64,000 bases of DNA from Candidatus Staskawiczbacteria bacterium (GTDB lineage Bacteria > Patescibacteriota > Minisyncoccia > Minisyncoccales > Staskawiczbacteraceae), in assembly GCA_041661545.1 (NCBI GenBank), contig JBAZUH010000001.1, positions 211,877-275,876 of the forward strand, in the 5' to 3' direction. Below the pieces are notes generated by a model. The model had not been told where the DNA came from. It did no database searches and saw nothing but the letters and a program-made list of their open reading frames with translations. This document shows, piece by piece, positions 9,419 through 21,402 of the stretch (position 1 is its first letter; every line of letters starts with the position of its first letter). Made by a program: the position numbers and the translations under genes.

Positions 9419-9679
9419 TTACTTAATTGCTTCGAGTTCTGCTTTGTATTGCTCTTGCCACGAAGCCAGAATGGATTTAGCAACAGTATCATCATCTGGG
9501 AGATAACTAACAGCTTTTCCTTTTTCCGCAACAAACTGAGTAGCCCAATCAATGAGATTGGTGGAAATTGAGACCAACACTCGAGCTGGTTCAAACTTCA
9601 GCATTCTCAGAAAGATTTTCTTGGTGCTCCGAGACTGCTTCTCTATGTCATCAATAAGCCATTGCTCAAATAGTGTCAT
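9419..9679 (-). CDS. hypothetical protein (cassette 2)
   Basis: 86-aa ORF with a 4-nt ATGA overlap with the upstream ORF. GC-rich. Confidence 0.5.
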   Translation of the reverse strand: MTLFEQWLIDDIEKQSRSTKKIFLRMLKFEPARVLVSISTNLIDWATQFVAEKGKAVSYLPDDDTVAKSILASWQEQYKAELEAIK

Positions 9680-9951
9680 TTTGGTTCCTCCCCGAGCTTT
9701 AGGCCCGCGTCTACTTCAGCGGCTTTTTGTTGCAAATACCTCATGTATTCTGCCTGCTTATCTTCTTTAGGTGCGGATCCTTGGCTAGCGGACAATTGGC
9801 TCCTGATGCCATCCATTAATCCAATACCAACTCCTATGCAAAGAAACTGGTTGGCAATATCATAGATTTTTCTGCGTTGATGTGGCTGTAATGACTGTGC
9901 GTATTCGTCTAGCTCGGTTAGTGCGGGCGTTGCTTCAAATGTAGCGCTCAT
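9676..9951 (-). CDS. hypothetical protein (cassette 2)
   Basis: 91-aa ORF with one central hydrophobic segment. Confidence 0.5.
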   Translation of the reverse strand: MSATFEATPALTELDEYAQSLQPHQRRKIYDIANQFLCIGVGIGLMDGIRSQLSASQGSAPKEDKQAEYMRYLQQKAAEVDAGLKLGEEPK

Positions 9952-9982
9952 TTTAGGTGGTCTTTCTTGATATTGGTGTGAT

Positions 9983-10636
9983 TTACTTTGTTCGAATGGC
10001 TCGAAACGCCCACTTAATGGCCTGGAAGGCCAAGAACAGGGGAATTGTTATTTGCGAGATGACCGGGTTGAACACCGGCAACATCCGTGTGTGTTTCTTG
10101 ATTGTGTCATTAGTAACTTTTGACGAATCAAAGAACATAAATTCAAACAGAGTAACTATTGGCACAAACCACAAAGAGGTCCACAGTTGGGCCTTTATGA
10201 CAACCAATGCGCCAAACAGGCTCCTAAGCTCTGGGTGGACGCGCATTCCCCACCAAAAATATGCAGCTGCTATTACTGAGATTATTTCAACTGCCCTGAT
10301 TAGCGAAAAAATAAACCTCACCTGAACTTTCTTGTTTTTGGCCAAATATTGAATCAGAACTATGCCAACAAAGACAAGGGTCATTACGCCCATTATGTAA
10401 ATCTCTGTATCTGCTATTTTGGGAGAATATACAATCAACATCATGATTACCGACGTCGCCATCAGCAACCTACCTAAAATAGAGACCAGTTTCATTCCCA
10501 GCGGATACGGAGCTTGGTCGCGCAGGTGATTTTGTTGCCACTGCCGAAGCTCTTTGACGTTGCTCCTCATGATGAAATAAGAAATCCAAAAAATTACAGA
10601 CCAAAACAATGGGTGTTCAAACACGTTGATATTCAT
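9983..10636 (-). CDS. polytopic membrane protein (cassette 2)
   Basis: 217-aa ORF with about six hydrophobic helices. GC-rich relative to its flanks. Confidence 0.6.
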   Translation of the reverse strand: MNINVFEHPLFWSVIFWISYFIMRSNVKELRQWQQNHLRDQAPYPLGMKLVSILGRLLMATSVIMMLIVYSPKIADTEIYIMGVMTLVFVGIVLIQYLAKNKKVQVRFIFSLIRAVEIISVIAAAYFWWGMRVHPELRSLFGALVVIKAQLWTSLWFVPIVTLFEFMFFDSSKVTNDTIKKHTRMLPVFNPVISQITIPLFLAFQAIKWAFRAIRTK

Positions 10637-10683
10637 AATTTTATTTCAAGGTTCGGGTTGCTTCTATTCGTAGAAGTCTTTAT

Positions 10684-10712
10684 AATATATGATATTTTTA
10701 CCTAATTGTCAA
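10684..10712 (-). promoter_or_regulatory. promoter of cassette 2
   Basis: Minus strand TTGACA, 17 nt, TATATT. The leader contains a cttcta/tagaag hairpin. Confidence 0.5.
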
Positions 10713-10774
10713 CGATTATGCAATAAAAAACCGCTAAATTAATAACGGTTTTTTTATTTTAGAATCATGAATAA

Positions 10775-10882
10775 TGTAGGAGAGCTACCTACTCTCGCGT
10801 TGCCACTACCATCGGCCTTGGAAGATTTCACTTCTGAGTTCGAAATGGGATCAGGTGGAGCACTTCCAGTATAGCTCCCTTA
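10775..10882 (-). rRNA. rrf: 5S rRNA
   Basis: The reverse complement contains CCCATTTCGAACTCAGAAGTGAAA and a GCCGATGGTAGTG core. The terminal helix is GTAAGGGAGC/GCTCTCCTAC. Confidence 0.9.
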
Positions 10883-10969
10883 CATTATTCACGATTTTTA
10901 CAAAATACCTAAAATCTGTATCTATTTAAACTTACGCTTTTTGTGAATCTTCGTATACTCAAATGCTAA

Positions 10970-14016
<3,047 letters not shown>

Positions 14017-14604
14017 TTAAAATTTGAGTTTTAAATATATTCTGGATTCACTTTTATCCCGCCCTCATAGCTTTTTAATATGAGGGCTGGACGCGTAAGT
14101 TTCTAATAGATACAGATTTTATGTATCTTGAACTTTTTCTTTTGTATGCTTGTTTTACCTATTAATTTTTTAAAATTCCTTATCAAAAATTTTAAAAAAT
14201 CTTCCCAATTAAATATAAGACCCACTGTCGAAAAATTTAATTAGGATTTACCCAGTTAAATAAATTCATAAGAATTTAATTTTAAAAAGCTTGCGTTTTT
14301 TAAAATTATTTAACCGGGTGAACCTGTTAAAAATTGTAGTAGAAACAATCTGTTATTTAAAACATTTAACAGGGTTTAATTTTCAATTTACATTCTTTGC
14401 TTCCATTTTTTAATTAACCCGCGAAAATATTTAATTTTTTAAATATTTTCGTAGATTAACAATTTTTTAATCTTTTTTTAATAAATTTAAAACCGCCTTT
14501 TAAAGCGGTAGTCTGATAAAAAATTTGCAATAACAAATTTTTTCAGATTTTTATCCGCTTCGTTTTTTAATAGTAGTTATTAATTTATTTACCATGTAAT
14601 AACA

Positions 14605-14633
14605 AGTATATTCTATTATTTAAACCGTGTCAA
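14605..14633 (-). promoter_or_regulatory. candidate promoter of the 23S-5S operon
   Basis: Minus strand TTGACA, 17 nt, TATACT, about 590 nt upstream of the mature 23S 5' end. Confidence 0.4.
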
Positions 14634-14662
14634 TAGTCTAACAAGTAAAATAGTTTCTACAT

Positions 14663-14688
14663 AAAAAAAGAAGCGAGCTGTTGCTCGC
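14663..14688 (-). terminator. intrinsic terminator of cassette 3
   Basis: gcgagc/gctcgc stem followed by a T7 run on the minus strand. Confidence 0.6.
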
Positions 14689-14703
14689 ATGATTAGCAAT
14701 TCG

Positions 14704-15159
14704 CTATTCTACTTTGGCAAAAACGAATTCGTAATACGGTTGCTCACGGTCTCTTGGCCTGACATCGTAAGCCGAAAGGCACATGCCCTCGCGCTCGTGA
14801 TTGTAAAGAACAAACATCCACAGATTGCCCTCGGAGTCTATCGTTGGCACACGTATGTATCCTCCTGTTGGTTGATCGTTATATTCAAGCCTTAATTTCA
14901 AGATGCATTCAATTGAGCAACAACGCAAACCGAAATTTGCAGCTACTTCACAAACCTTGTCGCCAGAAATCTTGGAGCAACCCCAACGTCCCAAATTATT
15001 TCGCACCAACTCATCGTGTACTACTCCAGATGGAACGAAAAATTTTTCTACAGCTTTCAATCCAGCAGGCTGCACTCTCATTCCCGCCAATTGAATCGCA
15101 TTGATTAATCCCTGCGTATTGAAAGTATCATTAAAAATTGTCTTCCATGGTTGGCTCAT
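14704..15159 (-). CDS. hypothetical protein (cassette 3)
   Basis: 151-aa ORF with higher GC than its flanks. No motif recognised. Confidence 0.55.
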   Translation of the reverse strand: MSQPWKTIFNDTFNTQGLINAIQLAGMRVQPAGLKAVEKFFVPSGVVHDELVRNNLGRWGCSKISGDKVCEVAANFGLRCCSIECILKLRLEYNDQPTGGYIRVPTIDSEGNLWMFVLYNHEREGMCLSAYDVRPRDREQPYYEFVFAKVE

Positions 15160-15205
15160 ATTTTTAGATTGTTAATAAGAAGACCATTCTTCTTATGCTG
15201 TTTAA

Positions 15206-15234
15206 ACATTAACTTTAAATACATTTTTTGTCAA
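15206..15234 (-). promoter_or_regulatory. promoter of cassette 3
   Basis: Minus strand TTGACA, 17 nt, TAATGT. The leader has a 9-bp hairpin, ataagaaga/tcttcttat. Confidence 0.5.
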
Positions 15235-15357
15235 TAATATTGCACAAACAAAAAGGCGCGGTACGTACGCGCTTTTTTGTTTGGCCCACCAATAAAGGTA
15301 AGCATTGCTTCTAAATTATGTTTTGCTTCTAAAAGCAAAACTGTCAAATGTTAAAAT

Positions 15358-16044
15358 TTATCTCTCTTCTACCTTTCTATACATATCTGCAATAACTTTT
15401 CCTGCTGTGTCTTTTCCGCCAAGTCCTATTGCTAAACCAATTCCCAATGCCAATGCACCGACAATTCCATAAACAAGGCTGTTGTACAATGCTATAATAA
15501 ATGCATTTGTTGGTAAAAGTTGTCCTAAAATCAAGAAAAATGTAAATACCCAAATTGCCCATTTTGCAATTGATGCGGCAACATATCCATAACCAACTTT
15601 TAATCTTTCAACTGTTACTCTAACAAGTTTTTCTACTATGTCAGATACAACTATAGCCACAACAAATACTAATACTGCTACAACAACATTTGGCAAATAA
15701 TTTAATACTTGTGTTAAAAATCCTGCAAATGTTGTTAAGCCTAAAACATCAACGGCTATTAATAATGTTACTACTACAAATACCCATTTAAAAACTGCTC
15801 CTACAAACTCTGAAGGATTTACTTCAACATTTGCTCTTTGCAATGCTTTTTTCCATCCTTCTTTTTCAAATAATTTGTTAAATTTTATTGACTTTAACAG
15901 TTCAGAAATTATTTTTCCAATTCCTATGGAAACTAAATAACCAATTATAAATACAACTATTGCCAACAACAAGTTAGCAAGAAAAACTACTAGTTGAGAT
16001 AAAAATGGTTGAACAACTGTTAAAGACCAGTCTGTGTATGTCAT
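15358..16044 (-). CDS. conserved TM-helix-repeat membrane protein (MscS N-terminal-like)
   Basis: 228-aa ORF with repeated long hydrophobic helices and amphipathic connectors. Confidence 0.5.
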   Translation of the reverse strand: MTYTDWSLTVVQPFLSQLVVFLANLLLAIVVFIIGYLVSIGIGKIISELLKSIKFNKLFEKEGWKKALQRANVEVNPSEFVGAVFKWVFVVVTLLIAVDVLGLTTFAGFLTQVLNYLPNVVVAVLVFVVAIVVSDIVEKLVRVTVERLKVGYGYVAASIAKWAIWVFTFFLILGQLLPTNAFIIALYNSLVYGIVGALALGIGLAIGLGGKDTAGKVIADMYRKVEER

Positions 16045-16248
16045 ATATTTTAATTTTTATGATTTAATTTTAATTTTTACTTTCAAGGATCTAATTTCTC
16101 GTTAATTAAAACGAGCTCGACCTTTAAGTTTTTTTACTATTTATATATTATTACAATACCGAAAAACTAAATCAAGAGCTAGGGGTGTGAATAACTATAA
16201 AACATGTATCTTGTATCTATTCAAGATACTAGATACTAAATTCTAGAT

Positions 16249-16971
16249 TCAAATATATTTTCTCCACGACTCGGGCAAAGGAATTTCTAATTTAACTGAT
16301 TGCTCGGTTGTTGCGGTTTTAAATTCAATTGCAGTTGCACAAAGTGCAATGCTCCCGTCTGGTAAAGGTTTTTGATTAGAATATTTTACATCTCCTAATA
16401 TTGGGCAACCCATTTCATTCATTTGAACTCTTATTTGATGAAACCTCCCTGTTTTTGGCAAAACCTTCAAAAGTGAATATTCATTATTAAATTTGACAAC
16501 CTCATAACTCAATTCAGCTGTTCTAGTTTTTGTGGCACCTTTAATGGCCGCCAATAACTCTTCGTCTGTTTTATTTGTAAAACCTTCGGCAAAAAAAGAT
16601 ATTTTATTTATTTTTTCTTTTAACTCACCCTTGCTCTCTTTTGGCTTGCCCACAACAATGGCATGATAAGTTTTTTGAATTGTGTGGTTTCTAAATTGTT
16701 CTGACAATCTACTAGCTCCTTTTGAAGTTTTTCCAAATAAAACAATTCCAGATACTGGCTTATCTAATCTATGCACCAACCCCAAAAAAATATTCCCAGA
16801 CTTATTGTACTTCTCTTTTAAGTATTTTTTAACTTGCTCAAAAAGACTGGCGCTACTAATATCGCTCTTGCTTTGCCATGCCGTAGCTTCATGCGAAGGC
16901 TGGGTTAAAACCCCAGCTGGTTTATAAACCGCTATTATATGATTATCTTCGTATAAAACTTTTATATTCAT
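16249..16971 (-). CDS. RluA-family pseudouridine synthase
   Basis: The true start is taken at MNIKVLYEDNHIIAVYKPAG. HRLDKPVSG is the catalytic motif. The tracked ORF's upstream 108 codons read through cassette-4 DNA. Confidence 0.8.
   Translation of the reverse strand: MNIKVLYEDNHIIAVYKPAGVLTQPSHEATAWQSKSDISSASLFEQVKKYLKEKYNKSGNIFLGLVHRLDKPVSGIVLFGKTSKGASRLSEQFRNHTIQKTYHAIVVGKPKESKGELKEKINKISFFAEGFTNKTDEELLAAIKGATKTRTAELSYEVVKFNNEYSLLKVLPKTGRFHQIRVQMNEMGCPILGDVKYSNQKPLPDGSIALCATAIEFKTATTEQSVKLEIPLPESWRKYI
16874..16903 (+). repeat. GC-rich repeat inside the RluA-family CDS (encodes EATAW)
   Basis: tgccatgccgtagcttcatgcgaaggctgg is related to 25194-25223 (cgccaggccgtagccttgtgcgtaggctgg). Confidence 0.55.
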
Positions 16972-17015
16972 AATATTTAATAGATTATAGCATCCCAGCG
17001 AATTCCGCGCCACTA

Positions 17016-17044
17016 TTGACAAGCCTTTTCTAATATGATATAAT
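17016..17044 (+). promoter_or_regulatory. promoter of cassette 4a
   Basis: TTGACA, 17 nt, TATAAT with an aTGa extended -10. This is a near-consensus promoter. Confidence 0.6.
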
Positions 17045-17212
17045 ATATCTAGAGTATGAAGCCAAGTACTCTTGCAAGATAAAAGGATTGTTTCGTGTCT
17101 TTGCGGGCACATCGCCTTTGCGGGCGAATAAACAATCTGGGTACAGAGCCCTATCTTGTACTTGAACGGCACATTGACACAACGACAACCGCCCCAATGG
17201 GGCACCAAACAA

Positions 17213-17962
17213 ATGACAAAGATAGTGACTGCAGCGTCTCCCCAGAGGGAGCAACTGACGGACAGCCAAGCCAATAGTCTCGCCCTCGGAGTCATCGGAT
17301 ATCACTTCACCACGGCGCTAATCGCCTGGCTGAAAAATCCGAAAATCGCTGACTTCCGCGACGACGCGGAGTCCTGTTTCTTGAAAGTCGAGAAACGGGC
17401 AAAGGCATGGGGCTGGTTGGCCTTCTGGGTCGGCCTCACCATCGGGTTCTTAGGCATCGCAGTATGCGAAGGCATCACCCGTGGTTTTGTCGAAGCCTTC
17501 TTCCACGGATGGTTGATGCAGGCGTCGGCGATAATCGGCGTGCTAACGCTGATTATCGCCTTCTTCTACGGATTTGGCTACGAGCTCGGCTCGAATCGTC
17601 GGCCGGGTGACACAACCCGAATGGTAGCCAAGATGTGGAAACCTTGGCGGAAGAAAATCGTTTCCTCGGGGGTACTTTCGGACTTCGCCTCTACGCTCAA
17701 ATGGAGGTACAAGGATGCCGAAACCGGATCTATTCTCCTGAGGCAGATCGCGAGTTACTCCTTCGGTGGCAGCGAGCTGGAGATAGTTCTCAAATCGACC
17801 CTCGCCAACCTTGCTGACGAAGCCGTCAAAAACTTCCAGGACGAGGTGCTTGATGGCAGCAAACGTGGCCAGCAACGTCACCGTCAACAGTTCGGCCAGA
17901 TTGACAAGATCGGGCAAGAGCTCGGTTTTGAAAAACTAGACTGGAAACGGCTCGACTCCTAA
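17213..17962 (+). CDS. membrane protein (cassette 4a)
   Basis: The ORF read from ATG 17213 begins MTKIVTAASPQ. It has 3-4 hydrophobic helices and is very GC-rich. Confidence 0.55.
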   Translation: MTKIVTAASPQREQLTDSQANSLALGVIGYHFTTALIAWLKNPKIADFRDDAESCFLKVEKRAKAWGWLAFWVGLTIGFLGIAVCEGITRGFVEAFFHGWLMQASAIIGVLTLIIAFFYGFGYELGSNRRPGDTTRMVAKMWKPWRKKIVSSGVLSDFASTLKWRYKDAETGSILLRQIASYSFGGSELEIVLKSTLANLADEAVKNFQDEVLDGSKRGQQRHRQQFGQIDKIGQELGFEKLDWKRLDS

Positions 17963-18050
17963 CCGAGCAGATAGGGTGCATATCATCTGATACCACCGAG
18001 TAATATCGGGCAGTGATTTGCATCAAAACAAAGAAACTAACAACAACGAA

Positions 18051-18085
18051 AGCGCGTGTGGCTTGGTAAACCCACGCGCTCTTTT
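18051..18085 (+). terminator. terminator of cassette 4a
   Basis: agcgcgtgtgg...cccacgcgct stem followed by cttttaat. Confidence 0.5.
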
Positions 18086-18108
18086 AATACATTTAGCATT
18101 ATTCACAG

Positions 18109-18137
18109 TTGACACAAAGCTTTTTATATAGTATAAA
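18109..18137 (+). promoter_or_regulatory. promoter of cassette 4b
   Basis: TTGACA, 17 nt, TATAAA. Confidence 0.5.
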
Positions 18138-18195
18138 GATTATGGAACATTTACAAGATAAATGAGTTTGGCGAGTGCCAACACGAAACTTCCAG

Positions 18196-18549
18196 ATGTT
18201 CCAAACGTCCAAACAACATATAAACGCCATGTGCAAAATCGCCATCCAGGAACTCCCCCTCGTTTCCCACAGCCCGCGGTGTGCCTGTGGGAAAACGGCC
18301 ATCCAAAAGGCCGTAATCAAAAAACCCACGTTTGTAGTTTCCGTAAACTGCTGCGGTGACGTGGCCTGCGTGCAAGCGGCCCAAAAAAGCGTCGGTGAGA
18401 AGCATCGAGCCCGCCTCGAGGACATCCAACGAGTTCGTCAAGCCAAAGCGGCCCAAAAAGCCGCCGCGCGCGCGGCGAAGAAGGAGAGGTCGTTGCGCGG
18501 CTCCAAAGAGACCTTCGTCGGTAGGGACTTCGATCCCCTGAAGGTCTAA
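18196..18549 (+). CDS. hypothetical Cys-containing protein with a Lys/Ala-rich tail (cassette 4b); frame uncertain
   Basis: This is the longest plus-strand frame between the promoter and terminator. Several overlapping ORFs exist on both strands in this GC-rich stretch. Confidence 0.35.
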   Translation: MFQTSKQHINAMCKIAIQELPLVSHSPRCACGKTAIQKAVIKKPTFVVSVNCCGDVACVQAAQKSVGEKHRARLEDIQRVRQAKAAQKAAARAAKKERSLRGSKETFVGRDFDPLKV

Positions 18550-18575
18550 CCGCCCTCGCCACACATTTCCCCAAA

Positions 18576-18608
18576 GCTCGCATCCCCCCAGATGCGAGCA
18601 ATTTTTTT
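18576..18608 (+). terminator. terminator of cassette 4b
   Basis: gctcgcatc/gatgcgagc stem followed by a T7 run. Confidence 0.7.
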
Positions 18609-18616
18609 GCATAGGC

Positions 18617-18680
18617 ATCCTCCCAAATAAAAGTTTCCGACACGAAAACTTTTACCATTTGGGGGGATATTTTGAGGGAT
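18617..18680 (-). repeat. E element copy 3 (structured repeat with an 11-nt insertion)
   Basis: The reverse complement reads atccctcaaaa[tatccccccaa]atggtaaaagttttcgtgtcggaaacttttatttgggaggat. It lies 8 nt after the terminator T-run. Confidence 0.75.
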
Positions 18681-18687
18681 GCATAAA

Positions 18688-18990
18688 CTAGCTAACACCT
18701 AATATCTGCCTAATCCTATCTGCCTCCTCGTCAATTATGGGGCCAAAATATTCACCATTATGGGCATGAGAGTTGCCACCATAAACTGGTGCTTTTTGAT
18801 CTAAGTGCAAACTAAAAGTAAAATCTGTTCCCGCTTGGCGGGTGTAAGCATGAAACCGTGGAAAACTATTGCCACTTAATTTTCTAACCAAATTATACTC
18901 ACCATTTGGCTTTGTATCTATAATAACGTAGCCAAGTTTTCTGGCTACATTAGAAATACTTTCTTTTACATTTTTTATAATAAAATCCAT
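18688..18990 (-). CDS. hypothetical protein
   Basis: AT-rich ORF with start taken at MDFIIKNVKE. No family recognised. Confidence 0.55.
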   Translation of the reverse strand: MDFIIKNVKESISNVARKLGYVIIDTKPNGEYNLVRKLSGNSFPRFHAYTRQAGTDFTFSLHLDQKAPVYGGNSHAHNGEYFGPIIDEEADRIRQILGVS

Positions 18991-19015
18991 AAATATAATG
19001 GGGCAATAATTATTA

Positions 19016-19120
19016 AGCGAGGCAGTCAATTTTCAGCGTATTTCAGGACACAAAGTGCCTGACCAAGCCATTTAGACGCGAAGCGTATCAATGGCGTTAG
19101 CAGAAAATTGACTGCCGAGC
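19016..19120 (+). repeat. R element copy 1 (105-bp structured repeat with 14-bp terminal inverted repeats)
   Basis: ggcagtcaattttc...gaaaattgactgcc termini. It differs at 4 positions from the copy at 57024-57128. Confidence 0.85.
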
Positions 19121-19126
19121 GAAAAA

Positions 19127-20197
19127 CTAACCGTGCTTAAATTCTATAACGTCGCCATCTTTAACAATATATTCTTTTCCTTCGGTTCTTAATTTTCCCA
19201 TTTCTCTAGCTTTTGCATAACCGCCTAATTCCATTAAATCTTTCCAAAAAACAACTTCTGCTTTTACAAATTTATTTTCAAAATCTGTGTGAATGGCCGC
19301 GCCAGCTGTTGGAGCTGTATCGCCTTTTTTTATTGTCCAAGCTCTTGTTTCGTCTTCACCTGTTGTTAAAAAGGTTATTAAATTTAAAAGCTCATATGAC
19401 TTTTTTACTAAAACATCTGTTTCCGAGTCCACTGGCAAGCCAAGTTCTATTCTTTCTTCGCGTGATAGCCCTTCGGCCTCAAATTCTGTGGCTACATCCA
19501 AAATAATGCAATTATTTTGTCCTGAGGCACCTCGAAGGGAATTCACAATTTCCTCACCTACTTCGTCGTCTTTGCCATTTAATAAATATAGACGAGGTTT
19601 GAAAGTTAAAAGTTGAAAGTTTTTCAAGATCTCCGCTTCGTCTTCTGCAAATGACATGTCGCACAATACTTTTTCTTGACTTAAAAATTCTTTGGCTTTT
19701 GTTAAAACTGCCATTTCTTTAACAGCCTCTTTTTTATTCTGCCTAACTTCACCAGCCAAACTATCTATTCTTTTATTTATAGTATCTAAATCTTTTAAAA
19801 TTAGTTCTACATCTAAAATTTCTTTTTCTTCTAATGGGTCAACTTCTTGCTGAGTGTTTACAATATCTGGGTTTTTAAAAGCGCGCAAAACATATAAAAC
19901 TGCATCGGTTTCTCTAATGTTTGCTAAAAATTTATTTCCTAAACCTTCGCCCTCGCTAGCACCTTTAACTAACCCAGCAATATCTACAAAATCAACTGTG
20001 GCGTAAATTTTCTTTTTAGATTTCGATAATTCTGCTAGTGCATCAACTCTCTGGTCGGGAACCAAAACAACCCCAACATTGGGGTCTATTGTAGCAAAAG
20101 GATAATTGGCAATCAAAACTGGCTTTTTAGTTAATGTTTTAAATAATGTTGATTTGCCTACATTTGGCAAACCCACAATTCCTATACTTAATGACAT
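19127..20197 (-). CDS. ychF: ribosome-binding ATPase YchF
   Basis: 356-aa ORF with the [10 protein letters not shown]-loop and a TGS-like C-terminus. Confidence 0.9.
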   Translation of the reverse strand: MSLSIGIVGLPNVGKSTLFKTLTKKPVLIANYPFATIDPNVGVVLVPDQRVDALAELSKSKKKIYATVDFVDIAGLVKGASEGEGLGNKFLANIRETDAVLYVLRAFKNPDIVNTQQEVDPLEEKEILDVELILKDLDTINKRIDSLAGEVRQNKKEAVKEMAVLTKAKEFLSQEKVLCDMSFAEDEAEILKNFQLLTFKPRLYLLNGKDDEVGEEIVNSLRGASGQNNCIILDVATEFEAEGLSREERIELGLPVDSETDVLVKKSYELLNLITFLTTGEDETRAWTIKKGDTAPTAGAAIHTDFENKFVKAEVVFWKDLMELGGYAKAREMGKLRTEGKEYIVKDGDVIEFKHG

Positions 20198-20232
20198 ACC
20201 AAAATAATACTACAAAACTGCCCAAATTTCAA

Positions 20233-20610
20233 TTAAATTTTTTGTTTACGGAATTTTATAAGGCCTACAATAATTGGTAGTATCAGTGTAGTTATATAAT
20301 ATAAATATACATCTAGCTTATAATACCCATCGGCTGGCTTAAACAATAACACTAAGAATAGATAATCCAATATAACTGCTATTACTGTCCAAACAACTCC
20401 TAATCCAAAATAGCACTGCAAAGAATCTCTATTAATTTTCTTAAACAAAACCCAAAGAGTTATTATTATTCCAATAGGTGAAACAACCCAGCCAATCATG
20501 TTTACGGGAACTACCATAAAGGCAACAATTCCTAACACCCAACCAATAAACCAAAGCCCAATGCCCCACACCACTGAATTTTTTAAAATTTTTAATTTTT
20601 CTTTTTCCAT
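20233..20610 (-). CDS. small membrane protein
   Basis: 125-aa ORF with four hydrophobic helices. Confidence 0.6.
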   Translation of the reverse strand: MEKEKLKILKNSVVWGIGLWFIGWVLGIVAFMVVPVNMIGWVVSPIGIIITLWVLFKKINRDSLQCYFGLGVVWTVIAVILDYLFLVLLFKPADGYYKLDVYLYYITTLILPIIVGLIKFRKQKI

Positions 20611-20637
20611 AAATTTTTTTTAAATTAATTATAGAAA

Positions 20638-21387
20638 TTATTTTTCTAATTTGTTGCGGGCGTTCCAATAAGCACACCAGCTACAATTGTTTTTTGCTTG
20701 GGGAATTGTATTGCTATCTAAACATTTTTTTATTTCAAACAAAGTTTTTTCTACCCAAGAATCATCGCCTTTATATTCTATTAAATTAACGTCAAATTCA
20801 ATTTTTTTATCAAAAGCCTGCCTATCCATTTTTCCTGTGCAATAAACAAAATAACCTGTGTCAGAAACTTTTAAATTATTTCTTCGCAAAAGCCATTGAT
20901 AAACCTCCATTTGACGCTTGTAGCCATCTTGCCACTCTTTATCAAGGGTTGTTACAGCCTCATCTTTTGCAGTTGCTTTATAATCAACAACAAAATATTC
21001 GCCAGCACTGTTTATCCATAAGTCATCAATAGCTCCACTAACCAACATTTGCGTTGGCTCATGAAAACATTTTATTCCACCAAAATTTCGCCTCCACTCG
21101 TCAATTTCTTTGTGTTGGGCTGGCATTGCATCTATGCCATATTCTTTTTGCAATGGATGTTGCTGATTTTTGGCGCGGTGGCCATCAAATTCTTGTTTTA
21201 ATAAATAATCTACCGCGCTATTTATAGAAAAGGGAAACCCAGGCACTCTTTTAACCCCAAGTTTATTGTCTAAATAAAAACATCTAGGGCATTCTATAAA
21301 CAAGTCAATTTTTGACCTACTCAATTTCCAATTATTGCCCCCGTAATTCCACCCCGCCCCCCTATTTGCATTATAATAATCATTCAT
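20638..21387 (-). CDS. PD-(D/E)XK nuclease-family protein with a Cys cluster (Cas4/RecB-like)
   Basis: 249-aa ORF with CPRCFY near the N-terminus, a GAIDDL...VVDYK core and a C-terminal CSWCAYW. Confidence 0.6.
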   Translation of the reverse strand: MNDYYNANRGAGWNYGGNNWKLSRSKIDLFIECPRCFYLDNKLGVKRVPGFPFSINSAVDYLLKQEFDGHRAKNQQHPLQKEYGIDAMPAQHKEIDEWRRNFGGIKCFHEPTQMLVSGAIDDLWINSAGEYFVVDYKATAKDEAVTTLDKEWQDGYKRQMEVYQWLLRRNNLKVSDTGYFVYCTGKMDRQAFDKKIEFDVNLIEYKGDDSWVEKTLFEIKKCLDSNTIPQAKNNCSWCAYWNARNKLEK

Positions 21388-21402
21388 AATTTTTATTTTT
21401 AT

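Noticed and set aside
16972-17295. N-terminal 108 codons of tracked ORF 16249..17295, and similar extensions of 23978..24727, 24941..25285, 54943..55248, 33556..33900 and 18688..19029
   Set aside because: The extensions read through promoters, GC-rich repeats or neighbouring genes. Internal Met codons coincide with the start of the recognisable domain and with the change in composition.
18099-18658. Minus-strand ORFs 18099..18425, 18151..18618 and 18317..18658, and plus-strand ORFs 18162..18359 and 18356..18541
   Set aside because: The GC-rich sequence yields open frames on both strands. The plus-strand promoter (18109) and terminator (18576) favour a plus-strand gene, and only the longest plus frame was kept, at low confidence.
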